Below, one piece after another: positions 49,308 through 60,662 of a stretch of DNA of 64,000 nt. A model generated the notes under the pieces. That model saw nothing but the letters and a program-made list of their open reading frames with translations, did no database searches and was not told the origin of the DNA. Source of the stretch: Candidatus Tectimicrobiota bacterium (GTDB lineage Bacteria > JACPUC01); contig JACPUC010000003.1 in NCBI GenBank assembly GCA_016192455.1, positions 1-64,000 of the forward strand, in the 5' to 3' direction. How positions within the stretch are numbered: the stretch's first letter is position 1; each line of letters opens with the position of its first letter. A program made the position numbers and the translations under genes.

Positions 49308-50222
49308 ATGCTCCACATCATCCGCACCGCCCAGGAGATGCAGGCGCACGCCCTGCGACAGCGGCTGGCGGGCAAGCGCCTCGGCTTCGTCCCCACCATG
49401 GGCTGCCTGCACGAGGGCCACCTCTCCCTGGTGCGGGCGGCGCGGCGCGACTGCGACGTGGTCGTCGTGAGCATCTTCGTGAACCCCTTGCAGTTCGGCC
49501 CCCGCGAGGACCTGGCGGGTTACCCGCGCACCCTCGCCGACGATCTGGCGCGGCTCCTGGAGGTTTCAGCCGACGTGGTCTTCGCGCCGGCTGAAGGCAG
49601 CCTCTACCCCGCAGGCTTCGCCACCTTCGTGGAGGTGACGGGCCTCACCGAGGGTCTCTGCGGCGCCCGGCGGCCCGGCCATTTTCGCGGCGTCGCCACG
49701 GTGGTGTGCAAACTCTTCAACCTCGTGCAGCCGCAGCGCGCCTACTTCGGGGAGAAGGACTACCAGCAGCTCCAGGTCATCCGCCGCATGGTTGCCGATC
49801 TCAACCTGCCGCTCGAGGTCGTCGGCATGCCCACGCTGCGGCAAACCGACGGCCTGGCGATGAGCTCGCGCAACCGCTACCTGAGCGGGGCGGAGCGGCA
49901 GGCCGCCACGGCGCTGTGGCGCAGCCTCGAGGCGGCGCGCCGCGCCGTCGCCGCCGGCGAGCACGACGCCCTGGCGGTGCGGCGGCGCGTCACGGAGACG
50001 CTGCGCGCGGAGCCACTCGCGCGGCTCGACTACGTGGAGGTCTGCCATCCAGAAACACTGCGGCCGGTGGCCGTGCTCGACGGCCCGACGCTCATCGCGC
50101 TTGCCGCCTACGTGGGGCAGGCGCGCCTCATCGACAACCTGGTGGTGTGTCCCGCCTCCGTGGACACGCCCGACGCGCAAGGAAGGACCGAGGCGGCCGC
50201 CTCGTCGTCCCGCCAGGACTGA
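49308..50222 (+). CDS. panC: Pantoate-beta-alanine ligase
   Basis: VPTMGCLHEGH, RPGHF, GEKDYQQ, AMSSRN. Confidence 0.96.
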   Translation: MLHIIRTAQEMQAHALRQRLAGKRLGFVPTMGCLHEGHLSLVRAARRDCDVVVVSIFVNPLQFGPREDLAGYPRTLADDLARLLEVSADVVFAPAEGSLYPAGFATFVEVTGLTEGLCGARRPGHFRGVATVVCKLFNLVQPQRAYFGEKDYQQLQVIRRMVADLNLPLEVVGMPTLRQTDGLAMSSRNRYLSGAERQAATALWRSLEAARRAVAAGEHDALAVRRRVTETLRAEPLARLDYVEVCHPETLRPVAVLDGPTLIALAAYVGQARLIDNLVVCPASVDTPDAQGRTEAAASSSRQD

Positions 50223-50297
50223 CGCGGCCGCCCCGACCGTTACCCAGCAGCGGTGCCTCGCGCACCTCTTCGCGCACCTGGGGAGGACCATCCCGCC

Positions 50298-50672
50298 ATG
50301 CTTCGCACGCTGATGAAGTCGAAGATCCATCGCGCCATCGTCACCGAGGCCTGCCTCCACTACGAGGGGAGCATCACCATCGATCGCACCCTCATGGAGT
50401 CGGCGAACCTGATCCCCTTCGAGCAGGTGCACATCTACAACGTGGCGAACGGCCAGCGCTTCAGCACCTACGTCATCGAGGGCGACGCCGACAGCGGCAC
50501 CATCTGCTTGAACGGCGCGGCGGCCCGCTGCGTGGCGGTGGGCGACCCGATCATCATCGCCTCCTACGCGGCGATGAACGAGGAGGAGGCGCGCTCCTAC
50601 CGCCCCACCGTGGTGCTGGTGGATGAGAAGAACCAGATCATGCGCGCCATGCAGGCGAAGCCCAGCCACTGA
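50298..50672 (+). CDS. panD: Aspartate 1-decarboxylase
   Basis: [20 protein letters not shown]. Confidence 0.96.
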   Translation: MLRTLMKSKIHRAIVTEACLHYEGSITIDRTLMESANLIPFEQVHIYNVANGQRFSTYVIEGDADSGTICLNGAAARCVAVGDPIIIASYAAMNEEEARSYRPTVVLVDEKNQIMRAMQAKPSH

Positions 50673-50888
50673 CGTAGGACCCGCCAGGCCGAGCCGCGCG
50701 CGAACCTGCGCGGCCGCGATGGATCACACGTTGCGGCGGGAAGGGAGGGGGGGCGAGATCATCTGGCGTGGCGCCGAGTCTCATCCCACCCCCCTCTCCC
50801 CCTCGCGGCGGAGGAGGGAGAGGAGGCGGTGGGGGAGCAAGGATGCCCCGGCGGCGCTTCTTGAGCGCGGCGCCAGGCGCCTGCGCGG

Positions 50889-51599
50889 CTACGCCGGCGC
50901 GTGAGCCGTAAGCTGGCTCTGCTGCGGCTCCAGGGTGGCGAGGTGCGCCAGCACCTCTTGGAGGTGCATCACATCGGCGTACTTCATGTCCATGTCGAAG
51001 AGGTTCACCTGGTGCGAGACGTCGCCGCGATCGGCCACGCACTCGATAGGGACCATGACCCGGAAATTGTGCGAGAAGGCGTCGATGACGGTGGCCCGCA
51101 CGCAGCCGGAGGTGACCATGCCGGTGACGATGAGCGTGTCGATGGAATGGTAGGTGAGCATGGCGGCGAAGGGGGTGCCGAAGAAGGCGCTCGGCTTCTG
51201 CTTGACGATGACGATTTCCGTCGTTCGCGGTCTCAGCACCTCGACGATTTCGTGGGCCTCCGGTTTCGACATGGCCGCATCGGGCTCGGTGTTCGTCCCC
51301 TTGTCGAGCCAGCGGCCCGCCAGGGTGGGGAGGATCCACGGTTCGGCCCGCGTGTAGAAGATCGGCACGTTGAGCGGGCGCGCCGCATCGAGGAGCCGCC
51401 GAATGGCCGCGGCGCACGGCTCGCCCGTCCGGCTGCAGCCGAGGGGGAAGCGATCCTCCACGAAGGCGCGCGTCATATCCACCACCACGACCGCCAGTCG
51501 CTCGCCAAAGCCTACCCGAACGCCCATGCTCCCTTTCTCGAACATCTTCAAGTCTGCTTCTGAGATAATCGGCGGGATGTATGCTTTGCTCCGTTCCAT
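50889..51599 (-). CDS. Isochorismatase/cysteine hydrolase family amidase
   Basis: VVVDM, KQKPSAFFGT, TSGCVRAT. Confidence 0.9.
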   Translation of the reverse strand: MERSKAYIPPIISEADLKMFEKGSMGVRVGFGERLAVVVVDMTRAFVEDRFPLGCSRTGEPCAAAIRRLLDAARPLNVPIFYTRAEPWILPTLAGRWLDKGTNTEPDAAMSKPEAHEIVEVLRPRTTEIVIVKQKPSAFFGTPFAAMLTYHSIDTLIVTGMVTSGCVRATVIDAFSHNFRVMVPIECVADRGDVSHQVNLFDMDMKYADVMHLQEVLAHLATLEPQQSQLTAHAPA

Positions 51600-51907
51600 A
51601 CCCTGCTCCTGTTCCCGAGGTGCGTCGGCTCGCCGGCGGCGGCCGACGCGCACCGCGCCTGCCTGGAACCCGCCGCGGGCCGAGCTGCCCTTTTGACAGA
51701 GCCGCCCGACATTGATACTATAGAGCTGCTGGCGGTTATCATACGGTAGAGGGAGGCTCAAAGCAAAACCTTTCCTGGGCGCCTCCTTACCGCCCCCTCT
51801 TCTCCAGGTGGTGGCTGGAGGAACGCCGAGGTTCCCACCCATGGCTCGGGCGGTCGCCACGCGCGCTGTCCCAAGCCCCCAGAGTCTCCCCTGCCACGCT
51901 CGCGCCC

Positions 51908-52525
51908 ATGAACCTGCCATTCCTCGATCTCAGCTTCGGCGCCAACCAGTATAGCATCTACGTGGGGCTCTTCCTCATCCTGCTGCTGGGCTGGAGTTTT
52001 CTGCCGATCAGCGAGGAGCTCATCCTGGTGACGGGGGGCTACCTCGCCTACGCCGGCTACACGAATCTCTACGCCACCGCGCTCACCTGCCTGCTCGGCT
52101 CGGTCGGCGGCGATATCATTCTCTACACCATGGGACGCCTCTGGGGCCCGAGCATCATTCGTTGGCGCATCTTCACGCCGTTGTTGCCGGATCGGCGTCA
52201 GCTCAAAGCGCGGCGCTACTTCGTGCGCTATGGCAACAAGGCGCTTTTCGTGGTGCGCTTCTTCTCCGGTTTCCGCATGGCCCTCTTCCTGGTCGCCGGC
52301 ACCCTGAAGATGCGCGCCTTGAACTTCATGGTCATTGACTTCGTCGCCGCCATCATCAACCTCTCCATCGTCATGGGTTTGGCCTACCGCTTCGGTGAAG
52401 AGATCGAGCGGGTCCTGCTCTTCTTCGGCAAGTTCGAGCGCATCACCATCCTCCTCGTGGTCCTCATCGTCGCCAGCTTCATCATCTACCTCGTGCGTCG
52501 GCGTCGCCCTGTCATGCCGGAGTGA
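51908..52525 (+). CDS. DedA family membrane protein
   Basis: LPISEE, GDIILY, RFFSGFR. Confidence 0.88.
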   Translation: MNLPFLDLSFGANQYSIYVGLFLILLLGWSFLPISEELILVTGGYLAYAGYTNLYATALTCLLGSVGGDIILYTMGRLWGPSIIRWRIFTPLLPDRRQLKARRYFVRYGNKALFVVRFFSGFRMALFLVAGTLKMRALNFMVIDFVAAIINLSIVMGLAYRFGEEIERVLLFFGKFERITILLVVLIVASFIIYLVRRRRPVMPE

Positions 52526-52979
52526 AGGGATTTCCGCCAGGCGTCCCGGCGGGCCCCGCGAGCCCGGCGCAGGAGCATCCGGCGCAGCCGTGGCGCGTTC
52601 CCCGCAGGCGCCGCGCGGGGCGCGGCCTGGTCCCTCGCCGAGGCGGCGGGAAAGCTTGCGCAGGAACCACCCAGGGACCATAGTGTCACACACCAGTATC
52701 GCACCGGCGGGCGAATCTGCCGGCGGAGGTACAGGCGCGGCGGAAGAGCTTGACGCTCGGCGGATTCCTCCACTACCATCGCGACCATCACCTGCCGCGA
52801 CCAGGCGGCGGCGAGGAGCTGGTGGGGGAGGCCGCCGGCAGCGGTCGGCCTGGCAGGCGAGTGGCGGCCGGGCGTGGCCGAAGCGCGGCGCCGCTCACTG
52901 ATCGCCTGAAACGTGGGGCGCGCCGGCGGCGGCAAGGTTGGGGCGCGGCAGCGAGCTGGAGAGGTGGGGAGAACGCGGC

Positions 52980-54389
52980 GTGAGCGCGAACAATCACCAG
53001 CACCTGACGGAGAAGCGGGCGGAGAAGGGGAACGCCCGGGCGCAGGATGCCTTGCCCGTGCGCGCCTGGTTTCGCTGCTACAACGGCTGCCCGGGGGAGT
53101 ACCGCCTGCAGGAGGTGATCTACCGCTGCCCGACCTGCAACGGCCTGCTCGAGGTGGCGCACGACCTCGAGGTGCTGAAGCGCCGCCCCCCCGAGTACTG
53201 GAAAACGCTCTTCGACAACCGCTACATGCGCACCGAATGGCCCTACGGCAGCTCCGTCTGGGGAAAGAAGGAGTTCGTCTGTCCGACGGTGGAGAATCGC
53301 AACATCGTCTCCACTTATGAAGGGGGCACCAACCTCTTCTGGGCGGAGCGTCTGGGCGCGCAGATCGGCATTGAAGCGCTGTGGGTGAAGCAGTGCGGCA
53401 ACAGCCACACCGGCTCCTTCAAAGACCTTGGCATGACCGTGCTCGTCTCCATGGTCAAGCAGATGCAAGCCGAGGGGAGCGACATCCAGGCCGTCGCCTG
53501 CGCCTCCACGGGTGATACCTCCGCCTCGTTGGCGGCGTACTGCGCCGTCGGCGGCATGCAGGCCATCGTCTTCCTGCCGCGCAACAAGGTCTCGGTGGCG
53601 CAGCTCATCCAACCGCTGGCGCACGGGGCCCTCACCCTCTCCCTCGATACCGACTTCGACGGCTGCATGAAGCTCGTCCAGGAGGTCTGCCGCAAGAATG
53701 ACGTCTACCTGGCGAACTCCATGAACTCCCTGCGCATCGAGGGGCAGAAGACCGTCGGCATCGAGATCACGCAGCAGTTCGACTGGCAGGTTCCCGACGT
53801 CATCATCATCCCGGGCGGCAACCTCGGCAACGTCAGCGCCCTTGGCAATGGGTTCCTGATGATGCGGGAGCTCGGCATGATCGATCGCCTGCCGCGTCTC
53901 GTCTGCGCCCAGGCCGAGCACGCCAACCCGCTCTACCAGAGCTACCAGGTCGGCTTCCGGGAGTTCCATCCGATTCAAGCCCGCAAGACCCTGGCAAACG
54001 CCATCCAGATCGGCGACCCCGTCAGCGTGCAGAAGGCCATCGACATCCTGCGGCGCTTCGACGGCATCGTCGAGCAGGCCAGCGAGGAGGAGCTGGCGGA
54101 GGCGGCGGCGCTCGGCAACCGCACCGGCCTCTTCAACTGCCCGCATACCGGCGTGGCCCTGGCGGCGCTCTTCAAGCTCGTGCAGCGCGGCGAGATCAGG
54201 CGCGATCAGCAGGTGGTCATCATCTCCACGGCCAACGGCCTGAAGTTCACCGATTTTCACCTGGGGTACCATGAGCGTCGCTTGGAGGGTGTCTCCTCGC
54301 GCTACGCCAACCTGCCGGTGGAGCTGCCGGCCGACTACGAGAAAGTGCGCGAGGTGGTGCTGCGGCAATGCGAGCGGCTGCGGCGCTAG
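52980..54389 (+). CDS. thrC: Threonine synthase
   Basis: [31 protein letters not shown]. Confidence 0.93.
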   Translation: MSANNHQHLTEKRAEKGNARAQDALPVRAWFRCYNGCPGEYRLQEVIYRCPTCNGLLEVAHDLEVLKRRPPEYWKTLFDNRYMRTEWPYGSSVWGKKEFVCPTVENRNIVSTYEGGTNLFWAERLGAQIGIEALWVKQCGNSHTGSFKDLGMTVLVSMVKQMQAEGSDIQAVACASTGDTSASLAAYCAVGGMQAIVFLPRNKVSVAQLIQPLAHGALTLSLDTDFDGCMKLVQEVCRKNDVYLANSMNSLRIEGQKTVGIEITQQFDWQVPDVIIIPGGNLGNVSALGNGFLMMRELGMIDRLPRLVCAQAEHANPLYQSYQVGFREFHPIQARKTLANAIQIGDPVSVQKAIDILRRFDGIVEQASEEELAEAAALGNRTGLFNCPHTGVALAALFKLVQRGEIRRDQQVVIISTANGLKFTDFHLGYHERRLEGVSSRYANLPVELPADYEKVREVVLRQCERLRR

Positions 54390-54537
54390 CTCGGCAGGAG
54401 GTCGCCGCGCCGGCGCCGCCGGGCGCCTCGCCAGCGGGCGCGCGGCCGCGGGATCACGGAGGCGCGGGCCGATTCCCCGCCTCGGCAGGGACGCTGGTCC
54501 CCCCACGAGGCAGACGATAGAGAGGAGAGGCTTTGAG

Positions 54538-54900
54538 ATGCCGAACCTGGCGCCGTCGGAGCTTGCGGATGTCCTGTTCCCCGCCTACTACTGCCCCACT
54601 TGCAACGATGATGTGCTCGTCCACACGAGGCTCGGCGCGGCGGGGGGCTCGCTGCGCACCTCGTGCGTGCGCTGCGACACCGAGCTGCCGCCCGGCGGCC
54701 CTGCGGCCGGCGCCAAACGGCTGAGCTTCAAGCAGCTCCAGGATCGCGGCTTCGTGGAGCTGCGGGATGGAGCGCCGAGCGAGCCGCGCGCATGCTCCGG
54801 TTGCGGCTGCGCCGCGCCCCGACCGGCGGCCGGGCGCCGCGCGCCTGTCGTCGTCCTCTCGCCAGAGCCGCTCCCTGCTCAGCGTTCAGCCCTCTCCTAG
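54538..54900 (+). CDS. Small zinc-ribbon hypothetical protein
   Basis: CPTC...CVRC and C-terminal CSGCGC; GAGGAG RBS. Confidence 0.6.
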   Translation: MPNLAPSELADVLFPAYYCPTCNDDVLVHTRLGAAGGSLRTSCVRCDTELPPGGPAAGAKRLSFKQLQDRGFVELRDGAPSEPRACSGCGCAAPRPAAGRRAPVVVLSPEPLPAQRSALS

Positions 54901-55000
54901 CGAGCCGTTCAGGAGGCCACCGGGCCGTCTCCTGCCGCAGCAGGCGCAGGGTCCCGCTGTCCTCTAGTTTCGCCCCCCCCAGCAGTCGTGGAGGGATGAG

Positions 55001-56572
55001 ATGCGACCCGTCGTGCGGGCTCTTGCCGGTGTCTTCTTCGTCATCCTGCTGAGCGCCGGGCTCCTCGCCGGAACGGTGGGCCCGGGCCGTGGCGCGAGCG
55101 CGCCCGACGCCGCGCCGGCGGCCACGGCGCCGACGCCGAGCTTCAACCTCGAGGCGCGCGTCATCGAGCATCGCCTCGACAACGGCATGCTCTTCCTGAT
55201 TGTTCGGCGCCCCTTCGCGCCGACGGTGGCCATGAACCTGCGCTTCAAGGTGGGCTCGGTGGATGAGGCTTCCGGCGAGACCGGCATGGCCCACATGCTC
55301 GAGCACATGCTCTTCAAGGGCACGGAGACGCTGGGGACCACCGACTTCGAGCGCGAGCGGACCCTCCTCGCCGAGATCGACGCGCGGGCGGCGGCGCTCG
55401 ATGCGGAGCGCCGCAAAGGCGAGGCGGCTGACGCGGCGCGCCTGGCCACCTTGCGCGCCGAGCTCCAGGCCCTGCAGGAGCGCCAGAAGCAGTTTATCGA
55501 CAAGGATGGGCAGATCGATGCCCTCTACACGCGCAACGGCGGCGTCGGCTTCAACGCCACCACCGGGCGCGATTTCACCACCTACTTCATCAGCCTGCCG
55601 GCGAACCGCCTGGAGCTGTGGGCGCGCATTGAAGCGGACCGCATGGTCAACCCGGTGCTGCGCAGCTTCTACGCCGAACGCGAGGTGGTGCTCGAGGAGC
55701 GCCGCATGCGCTACGAGTCGGAGCCGGGCGGGAAGCTCTACGAGCAGTTCCTGGCTCTGGCCTACCAGGCCCATCCGTACCGCAATCCGACCATCGGTTG
55801 GCCCTCCGATATCGCCTTCCTCAACCGCGCCGCCACGGAGCGCTTCTACCGGGATCACTATGGGCCGAACAACGCCGTCGTCGCCATCGTGGGCGATGTC
55901 GACCCGCAAGCGCTCATCCCCCTCCTGAGGCGCTACTTCGGGCCGATCCCGGCGGCCCCCGCGCGGCCTCGCCTGGTTACCGCCGAGCCGCCGCGGCAGG
56001 GGGAACGCCGCGCCGTGGTGCGCTTCAAGGCGGAGCCGCGGCTGGTGATCGGCTTCCAGAAACCGACCGCGCCGCACCGCGATGACTACATCTTCGATCT
56101 CATCGACCGGCTCCTCACCTCCGGCCGCACCTCGCGCCTCTATCGGTCCATCGTTGAGGAGCGTCAGTTGGCCGCCTCCGTCTCCACCTCGAACGGCGTG
56201 CCCGGCGTGCGCGACGACAACCTCTTCGCCATCTTCGCCACGCCGCGCCATCCGCACACCGCGGCCGAGGTGGAAGCGGCCATCCTCGCGGAGCTGGAGG
56301 GCGTGAAGAAGGGTGAGGTGAGCGAGCGCGACCTCCAGAAGGTGAAGAACCAGCTCGAGGCGAACTTCATCCGCGGCCTGCGCTCGAACAGCGGCCTGGC
56401 GGGCCAGCTCACGTACTACCAAGCCGGGCTGGGGGACTGGCGCTACATCACGCGCTACCCCCAAGCAATCGCCACCATCGGCGTGGCGGACGTTCAAAAG
56501 GCCGCCCAGCAGTACTTCAAGGCTGCCAACCGAACCGTCGTGACGATGCTCCCCCCCGAGGAGGAGCCATGA
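55001..56572 (+). CDS. M16 family zinc peptidase, catalytic subunit
   Basis: HMLEH inverted zincin motif, signal peptide. Confidence 0.92.
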   Translation: MRPVVRALAGVFFVILLSAGLLAGTVGPGRGASAPDAAPAATAPTPSFNLEARVIEHRLDNGMLFLIVRRPFAPTVAMNLRFKVGSVDEASGETGMAHMLEHMLFKGTETLGTTDFERERTLLAEIDARAAALDAERRKGEAADAARLATLRAELQALQERQKQFIDKDGQIDALYTRNGGVGFNATTGRDFTTYFISLPANRLELWARIEADRMVNPVLRSFYAEREVVLEERRMRYESEPGGKLYEQFLALAYQAHPYRNPTIGWPSDIAFLNRAATERFYRDHYGPNNAVVAIVGDVDPQALIPLLRRYFGPIPAAPARPRLVTAEPPRQGERRAVVRFKAEPRLVIGFQKPTAPHRDDYIFDLIDRLLTSGRTSRLYRSIVEERQLAASVSTSNGVPGVRDDNLFAIFATPRHPHTAAEVEAAILAELEGVKKGEVSERDLQKVKNQLEANFIRGLRSNSGLAGQLTYYQAGLGDWRYITRYPQAIATIGVADVQKAAQQYFKAANRTVVTMLPPEEEP

Positions 56573-58095
56573 GCAACCTTATCATGAGCCACCGCGCTAC
56601 GAACGAACGATGCCGGCGTCATCCTCGCCGCTGCTGGGTTCTCGGCCTTGTCGTCGCAGCGGCATGGCTGCTGCCGGCGCTGAGCTGGGCGCAGGAGGGC
56701 AGGGTCCCCTTGACTCCCCCCGCCGAGCTGCGGTTTCCAGCCCTGCGCTTCGCGCCGCCGCAGCCCCAGCGCGCCGTCCTCGGCAACGGCATCGTCGTCT
56801 ACCTCTTCGAGGACCACGAGCTGCCGCTCATCACGGTGCATGCCCTGGCGCGCACCGGGTCCATCTATGCGCCGGATGACAAGGTGGGGCTGGCGCGGCT
56901 CGCCGGCACCGTGCTGCGCTCCGGCGGCACCGAGCGCCGCGAGCCCGAGGCGCTGAACGAACGCCTCGAGTTCTTGGCCGCCAGCGTGGAGAGCTCCTTC
57001 GGCGTGGACTCCGGCACCGTCACCCTGTCGGCGCTCAGCAAGGACTTCGACGAGGTGCTGGAAATCTTCGACGATCTCCTGCGCCACCCGGCGTTCCGGC
57101 AGGAGAAGATCGAGCTGGCCAGGCGGCAGATGCTCGAGGGTCTCCGCCGGCAGAACGACAACCCCAACTCCATCGCCTTCCGCGAGTTCCGGCGCCTCGT
57201 CTACCCGGGACACCCGCGCGGCCGCAGCCCCAGCATCGAAACGGTGTCGCGCCTCAGCCGCGCCGACGTGGTGGAGTTTTACCGGCGCTTCTTCTATCCC
57301 CGCAATCTCATGCTCGCGGTCAGCGGGGACTTCGAGACCGCCGGCATGCTGGCGAAGCTGGAGCGCGTTCTGGGAACGTGGCATGACGAGCGTCCGGCCG
57401 TCGCCGCGCCGCCGCCGCCGCGCGGGGAGACCACCTCCTCCCTCAACCTCGCGAGCAAGGATCTGCCCCAGTCCACCATCGTCATCGGGCACCTCACCGT
57501 GGCCGAGAACCACCCCGATTTCTACGCCTTCACGGTGCTCAACACCATCCTGGGCGGCGGCGGCTTCTCCTCGAAACTGGTGAGCAAGGTCCGCGCCGAG
57601 CGCGGCCTGGCGTACTCCGTGGGCAGCTTCTATCGGGGGGACATCGACTATGGCGTCTTCGCGGCCTACGCGCAGACGAAGTCGCAGAGCACCGTGGAGG
57701 TGATTGAACTGCTGCGGCGCATCCTGCAGGAGGCGACCGAGGGGAAGATCAGCGAGGACGAGCTGGCCTGGGCCAAGGAGTCGATCATCAACCGTTTCAT
57801 CTTCTCCTTCTCCTCGCCCGAGCAGGTGGTGATGCAGCAGCTTCAGTTGGAGTTCAAGGGCCTGCCGGAGGACTCCCTGCGGACGTATCGCGACCGCATC
57901 GCCACCGTGACGTTGGCCGACGTGCAGCGCGTGGCGAAGCGCTTCTTGTACCCGCGGCGCAGCATCGCCCTGGTCGTGGGCGATGCCAGAAGCTTTACCG
58001 AGCCGCTCTCCTCCCTCGGCCAAGTGCAGTCCATCACCCTGCCGGTGAATGATCAGCCTGACCGCCAGCAGCCCGCCGCGGTGCCCCGGCCGTAG
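56569..58095 (+). CDS. M16 family peptidase, non-catalytic partner
   Basis: EDHELP, LGGGGFSSKL, GLAY; lacks HxxEH. Confidence 0.9.
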   Translation: MSNLIMSHRATNERCRRHPRRCWVLGLVVAAAWLLPALSWAQEGRVPLTPPAELRFPALRFAPPQPQRAVLGNGIVVYLFEDHELPLITVHALARTGSIYAPDDKVGLARLAGTVLRSGGTERREPEALNERLEFLAASVESSFGVDSGTVTLSALSKDFDEVLEIFDDLLRHPAFRQEKIELARRQMLEGLRRQNDNPNSIAFREFRRLVYPGHPRGRSPSIETVSRLSRADVVEFYRRFFYPRNLMLAVSGDFETAGMLAKLERVLGTWHDERPAVAAPPPPRGETTSSLNLASKDLPQSTIVIGHLTVAENHPDFYAFTVLNTILGGGGFSSKLVSKVRAERGLAYSVGSFYRGDIDYGVFAAYAQTKSQSTVEVIELLRRILQEATEGKISEDELAWAKESIINRFIFSFSSPEQVVMQQLQLEFKGLPEDSLRTYRDRIATVTLADVQRVAKRFLYPRRSIALVVGDARSFTEPLSSLGQVQSITLPVNDQPDRQQPAAVPRP

Positions 58096-58192
58096 GACGT
58101 CCGTCGCGCCGTCCGCCGCTGCTGCGCCGGCGTTACTGCCTGCCGGAGCACTGCGAGGCGGAGAGGGCTGCGGAGCGAGGTGGGGGGAGGAG

Positions 58193-59206
58193 TCAGGGGG
58201 TCGTTCGTCCCGGCTGGTACTGCCGCACCTTCACCCTGGCTTCCGTCAGGAGCTGCAGCGCCACCTCGGCCAGCGGGTACTCGTGGTGGTAGACGACCTC
58301 GCGGATGCCGGCGTTGATGATCATCTTGCTGCAGATGAGGCAGGGGGCGAAGGTGGTGAAGATGGTGGCGTCCCGCAGGGAGACGCCGTGGTAGGCCGCC
58401 TGGGTGATGGCGTTCTCCTCCGCGTGCGAGCAGAGGCACTCGCCGAGCTGCGAGCCGCCGGCGGCCAGGCTGCTACAGCGCGGGCAGCCGCCCTCGTTGC
58501 AGTTGCGGGTGCCGCGCGGCGTGCCGTTGTACCCCGTGGAGATGACCTTCTCGTCCTTCACCACGATGGCCGCCACCTTGCGCTTGATGCAGTTGCTGCG
58601 CGAGGCCACGACGCGCGCGATCTCCATGAAGTACTCATCCCACCCCGGACGCCGCTGATTCATCAGGAGATCGACCACCAGGGTCTGCAAGGCGAGGTGG
58701 AATTCCGCCAGGCCGCCGTCGTTGCGTAGGTTGCAATCAGCCAGCTCCCGGCAGCCTTCCACTTGCTGGCCGAAGTCGCTGGCACTCCGCGCTTCGCGGG
58801 CGTCGAGGTCGAGGAACTCCTCGTAGGTGCGCGGGTCGTGCTCCCGCCCGCGGGCGCGCAGGCGCTCGAAGCGCAGCCGCGGCTCGGCGTCGATACCGAG
58901 CAGGACGAAGTCGCGCCGCCTGCGCAGGGCCTGCACCTCCGCCGGATGCCGGATCGAGTCGACGATGGCGTGGCGGTCGTGCGGCAAGCGCTCCAGAATG
59001 CGCTCGGCGAGCACCGCCGGGCCGCAGCGGCGGCGCAGCTCGTTGCCCGTCTCGATGAGCCGCTCGCGGCTGATCTCCTGGCCGCTGCTGGTGATCTCCT
59101 CGCGAATCACGTCCGAGAGGGAGTGGTAGGCGAAGCTGCGCTCCTTCAGGAACTCCGCGGCGACCCCCTTCCCCGCGCCGTTCTTGCCGGTCAGCCCTAG
59201 AATCAT
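58193..59206 (-). CDS. P-loop kinase-like domain fused to dCMP deaminase
   Basis: GLTGKNGAGK; RPGWDEYFM, GYNGTP, HAEENA, PCLIC. Confidence 0.9.
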   Translation of the reverse strand: MILGLTGKNGAGKGVAAEFLKERSFAYHSLSDVIREEITSSGQEISRERLIETGNELRRRCGPAVLAERILERLPHDRHAIVDSIRHPAEVQALRRRRDFVLLGIDAEPRLRFERLRARGREHDPRTYEEFLDLDAREARSASDFGQQVEGCRELADCNLRNDGGLAEFHLALQTLVVDLLMNQRRPGWDEYFMEIARVVASRSNCIKRKVAAIVVKDEKVISTGYNGTPRGTRNCNEGGCPRCSSLAAGGSQLGECLCSHAEENAITQAAYHGVSLRDATIFTTFAPCLICSKMIINAGIREVVYHHEYPLAEVALQLLTEARVKVRQYQPGRTTP

Positions 59207-59441
59207 ACGTACTCCACGCCGCTCACGCCGGCGGATGGCGCGGTGGAGAGATTCACCTCTGCCTGCCGCGGTGCGCCGGACGTTCCACCGGCGCCCCCCT
59301 GGCTTGTCGGGATTATACGTGCCGCGGCGCCCCGGCGCAATCTCGTTCCCCCCGGCACGGCCCCACCCGGACGGCAAGGCCGGGGACCGCGCTGCCGCCC
59401 TCGCGCGTGGGTTACCGCCCATGCCGCAACGTTCTCCGTTC

Positions 59442-59470
59442 GTAGGGGCGGTTCGCGAACCGTCCCCTAC
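59442..59470. repeat. GTAG-family REP-like palindrome
   Basis: GTAGGGGCGGTTCGCGAACCGTCCCCTAC; near-identical copy at 60341-60368. Confidence 0.75.
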
Positions 59471-59580
59471 GGCTGGGCGCGGTTGCCATCCTCGCGGTGA
59501 GGCTCTACCCTCGCCGCCGAACAATCGTCCGGTCGGGGAATGCGCCCGGAGCGGCTGACGGAACCAGGGAGGAGCGCTCG

Positions 59581-60030
59581 ATGCGGGCAGTGGTGCAGCG
59601 CGTGCGCGAGGCGGCGGTTACGGTCGATGGCCGGGTGGTTGGGCGCATCGGCAAGGGGCTGCTCGTCCTGCTCGGGGTGGGGCAGAGCGATGCCGAGGGG
59701 GATGCCGCCTACCTCCTCGACAAGGTCCTCAACCTGCGCATCTTCGAGGATGAGATGGGGAAGATGAACCGCTCCCTACTGGACTGCGGCGGGGCGATGC
59801 TGGTCATTTCACAGTTCACGCTCTATGGTGACGCGCGCAAAGGGCGCCGACCCTCCTTCGTGGAGGCGGCTCCGCCCGCGCCGGGCAAGGTCCTCTACGA
59901 GCGCTTCGTGGCCCTGGCCCGCGCGCGCGGCATCGAGACCGCCGCGGGGGAGTTCGGGGCCATGATGGAGGTGAGCCTGGTCAACTACGGTCCGGTGACG
60001 ATTCTCCTCGATAGCGCGAAACTGTTCTAA
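59581..60030 (+). CDS. dtd: D-aminoacyl-tRNA deacylase
   Basis: [25 protein letters not shown]. Confidence 0.95.
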   Translation: MRAVVQRVREAAVTVDGRVVGRIGKGLLVLLGVGQSDAEGDAAYLLDKVLNLRIFEDEMGKMNRSLLDCGGAMLVISQFTLYGDARKGRRPSFVEAAPPAPGKVLYERFVALARARGIETAAGEFGAMMEVSLVNYGPVTILLDSAKLF

Positions 60031-60187
60031 CGTCAGGGCCCCGAAGGTCGTTTCGCATTCGCAAAGTGGCCGCACCGACGCCAATCCGAGGCAGTTCCCC
60101 ATGGGCCTTCGGCTCACCCGCGAAGAGATGAAACTGGAGGTTACAGGGAGCGACCGTCTCTCATGTCGAAGGGTTCGGCACCCCGGG

Positions 60188-60662
60188 TGTAGGGGCGCCG
60201 CTTGCTGCGCCCCAGCGTGGCTCAGAGGGGGCGACTCGGCGGGCGGGGCAAGCCCCGCCCCTACGGCTCTGAACATCCCGTCCGCTGTGACACGCACGGT
60301 TCAACCACGTAGACGCTTATTTTCGAGGCAGCAGGCACTCGTAGGGGCGGTTCGCGAACCGCCCCTACGAGCGGGATGCAAAGAACCACTGATGAACACG
60401 GATGGACACTGATATTTGTGTGAACCCGTGTCCATCACCGGTTCCCTTCCCCTACCTTCTCCGCGTTCTCTGCGTCTCCGCGGTGCAATCCATGTAACCT
60501 AACCGCAGAGGCGCAGAGAGCGCCGATGTGGAGGAGACCGGCCGCACGCACGTCAGCCTCATCATCACGTAAAATCAACCGCTTAGACGCTTATTTTCCA
60601 AGCAGTTGTTGTGTGCGGGAGCCGCGCCCCCTCGCCTGTCTGCGTGCAAGGCACAGGCAGGC
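60188..60662. repeat. Cluster of REP-like palindromes and short inverted/direct repeats
   Basis: GTAGGGGCG...CGCCCCTAC units at 60188-60263 and 60341-60368; imperfect inverted pairs at 60383-60444 and 60457-60526. Confidence 0.65.

Noticed and set aside
54538-54900. CSGCGC-containing small protein as a second RiPP precursor
   Set aside because: It is 45 kb from the cluster, has host-like GC and looks like a CxxC zinc ribbon.
60188-60662. Possible CRISPR array
   Set aside because: Repeats are irregular, of different families and lack constant-length spacers; no cas genes in the window.
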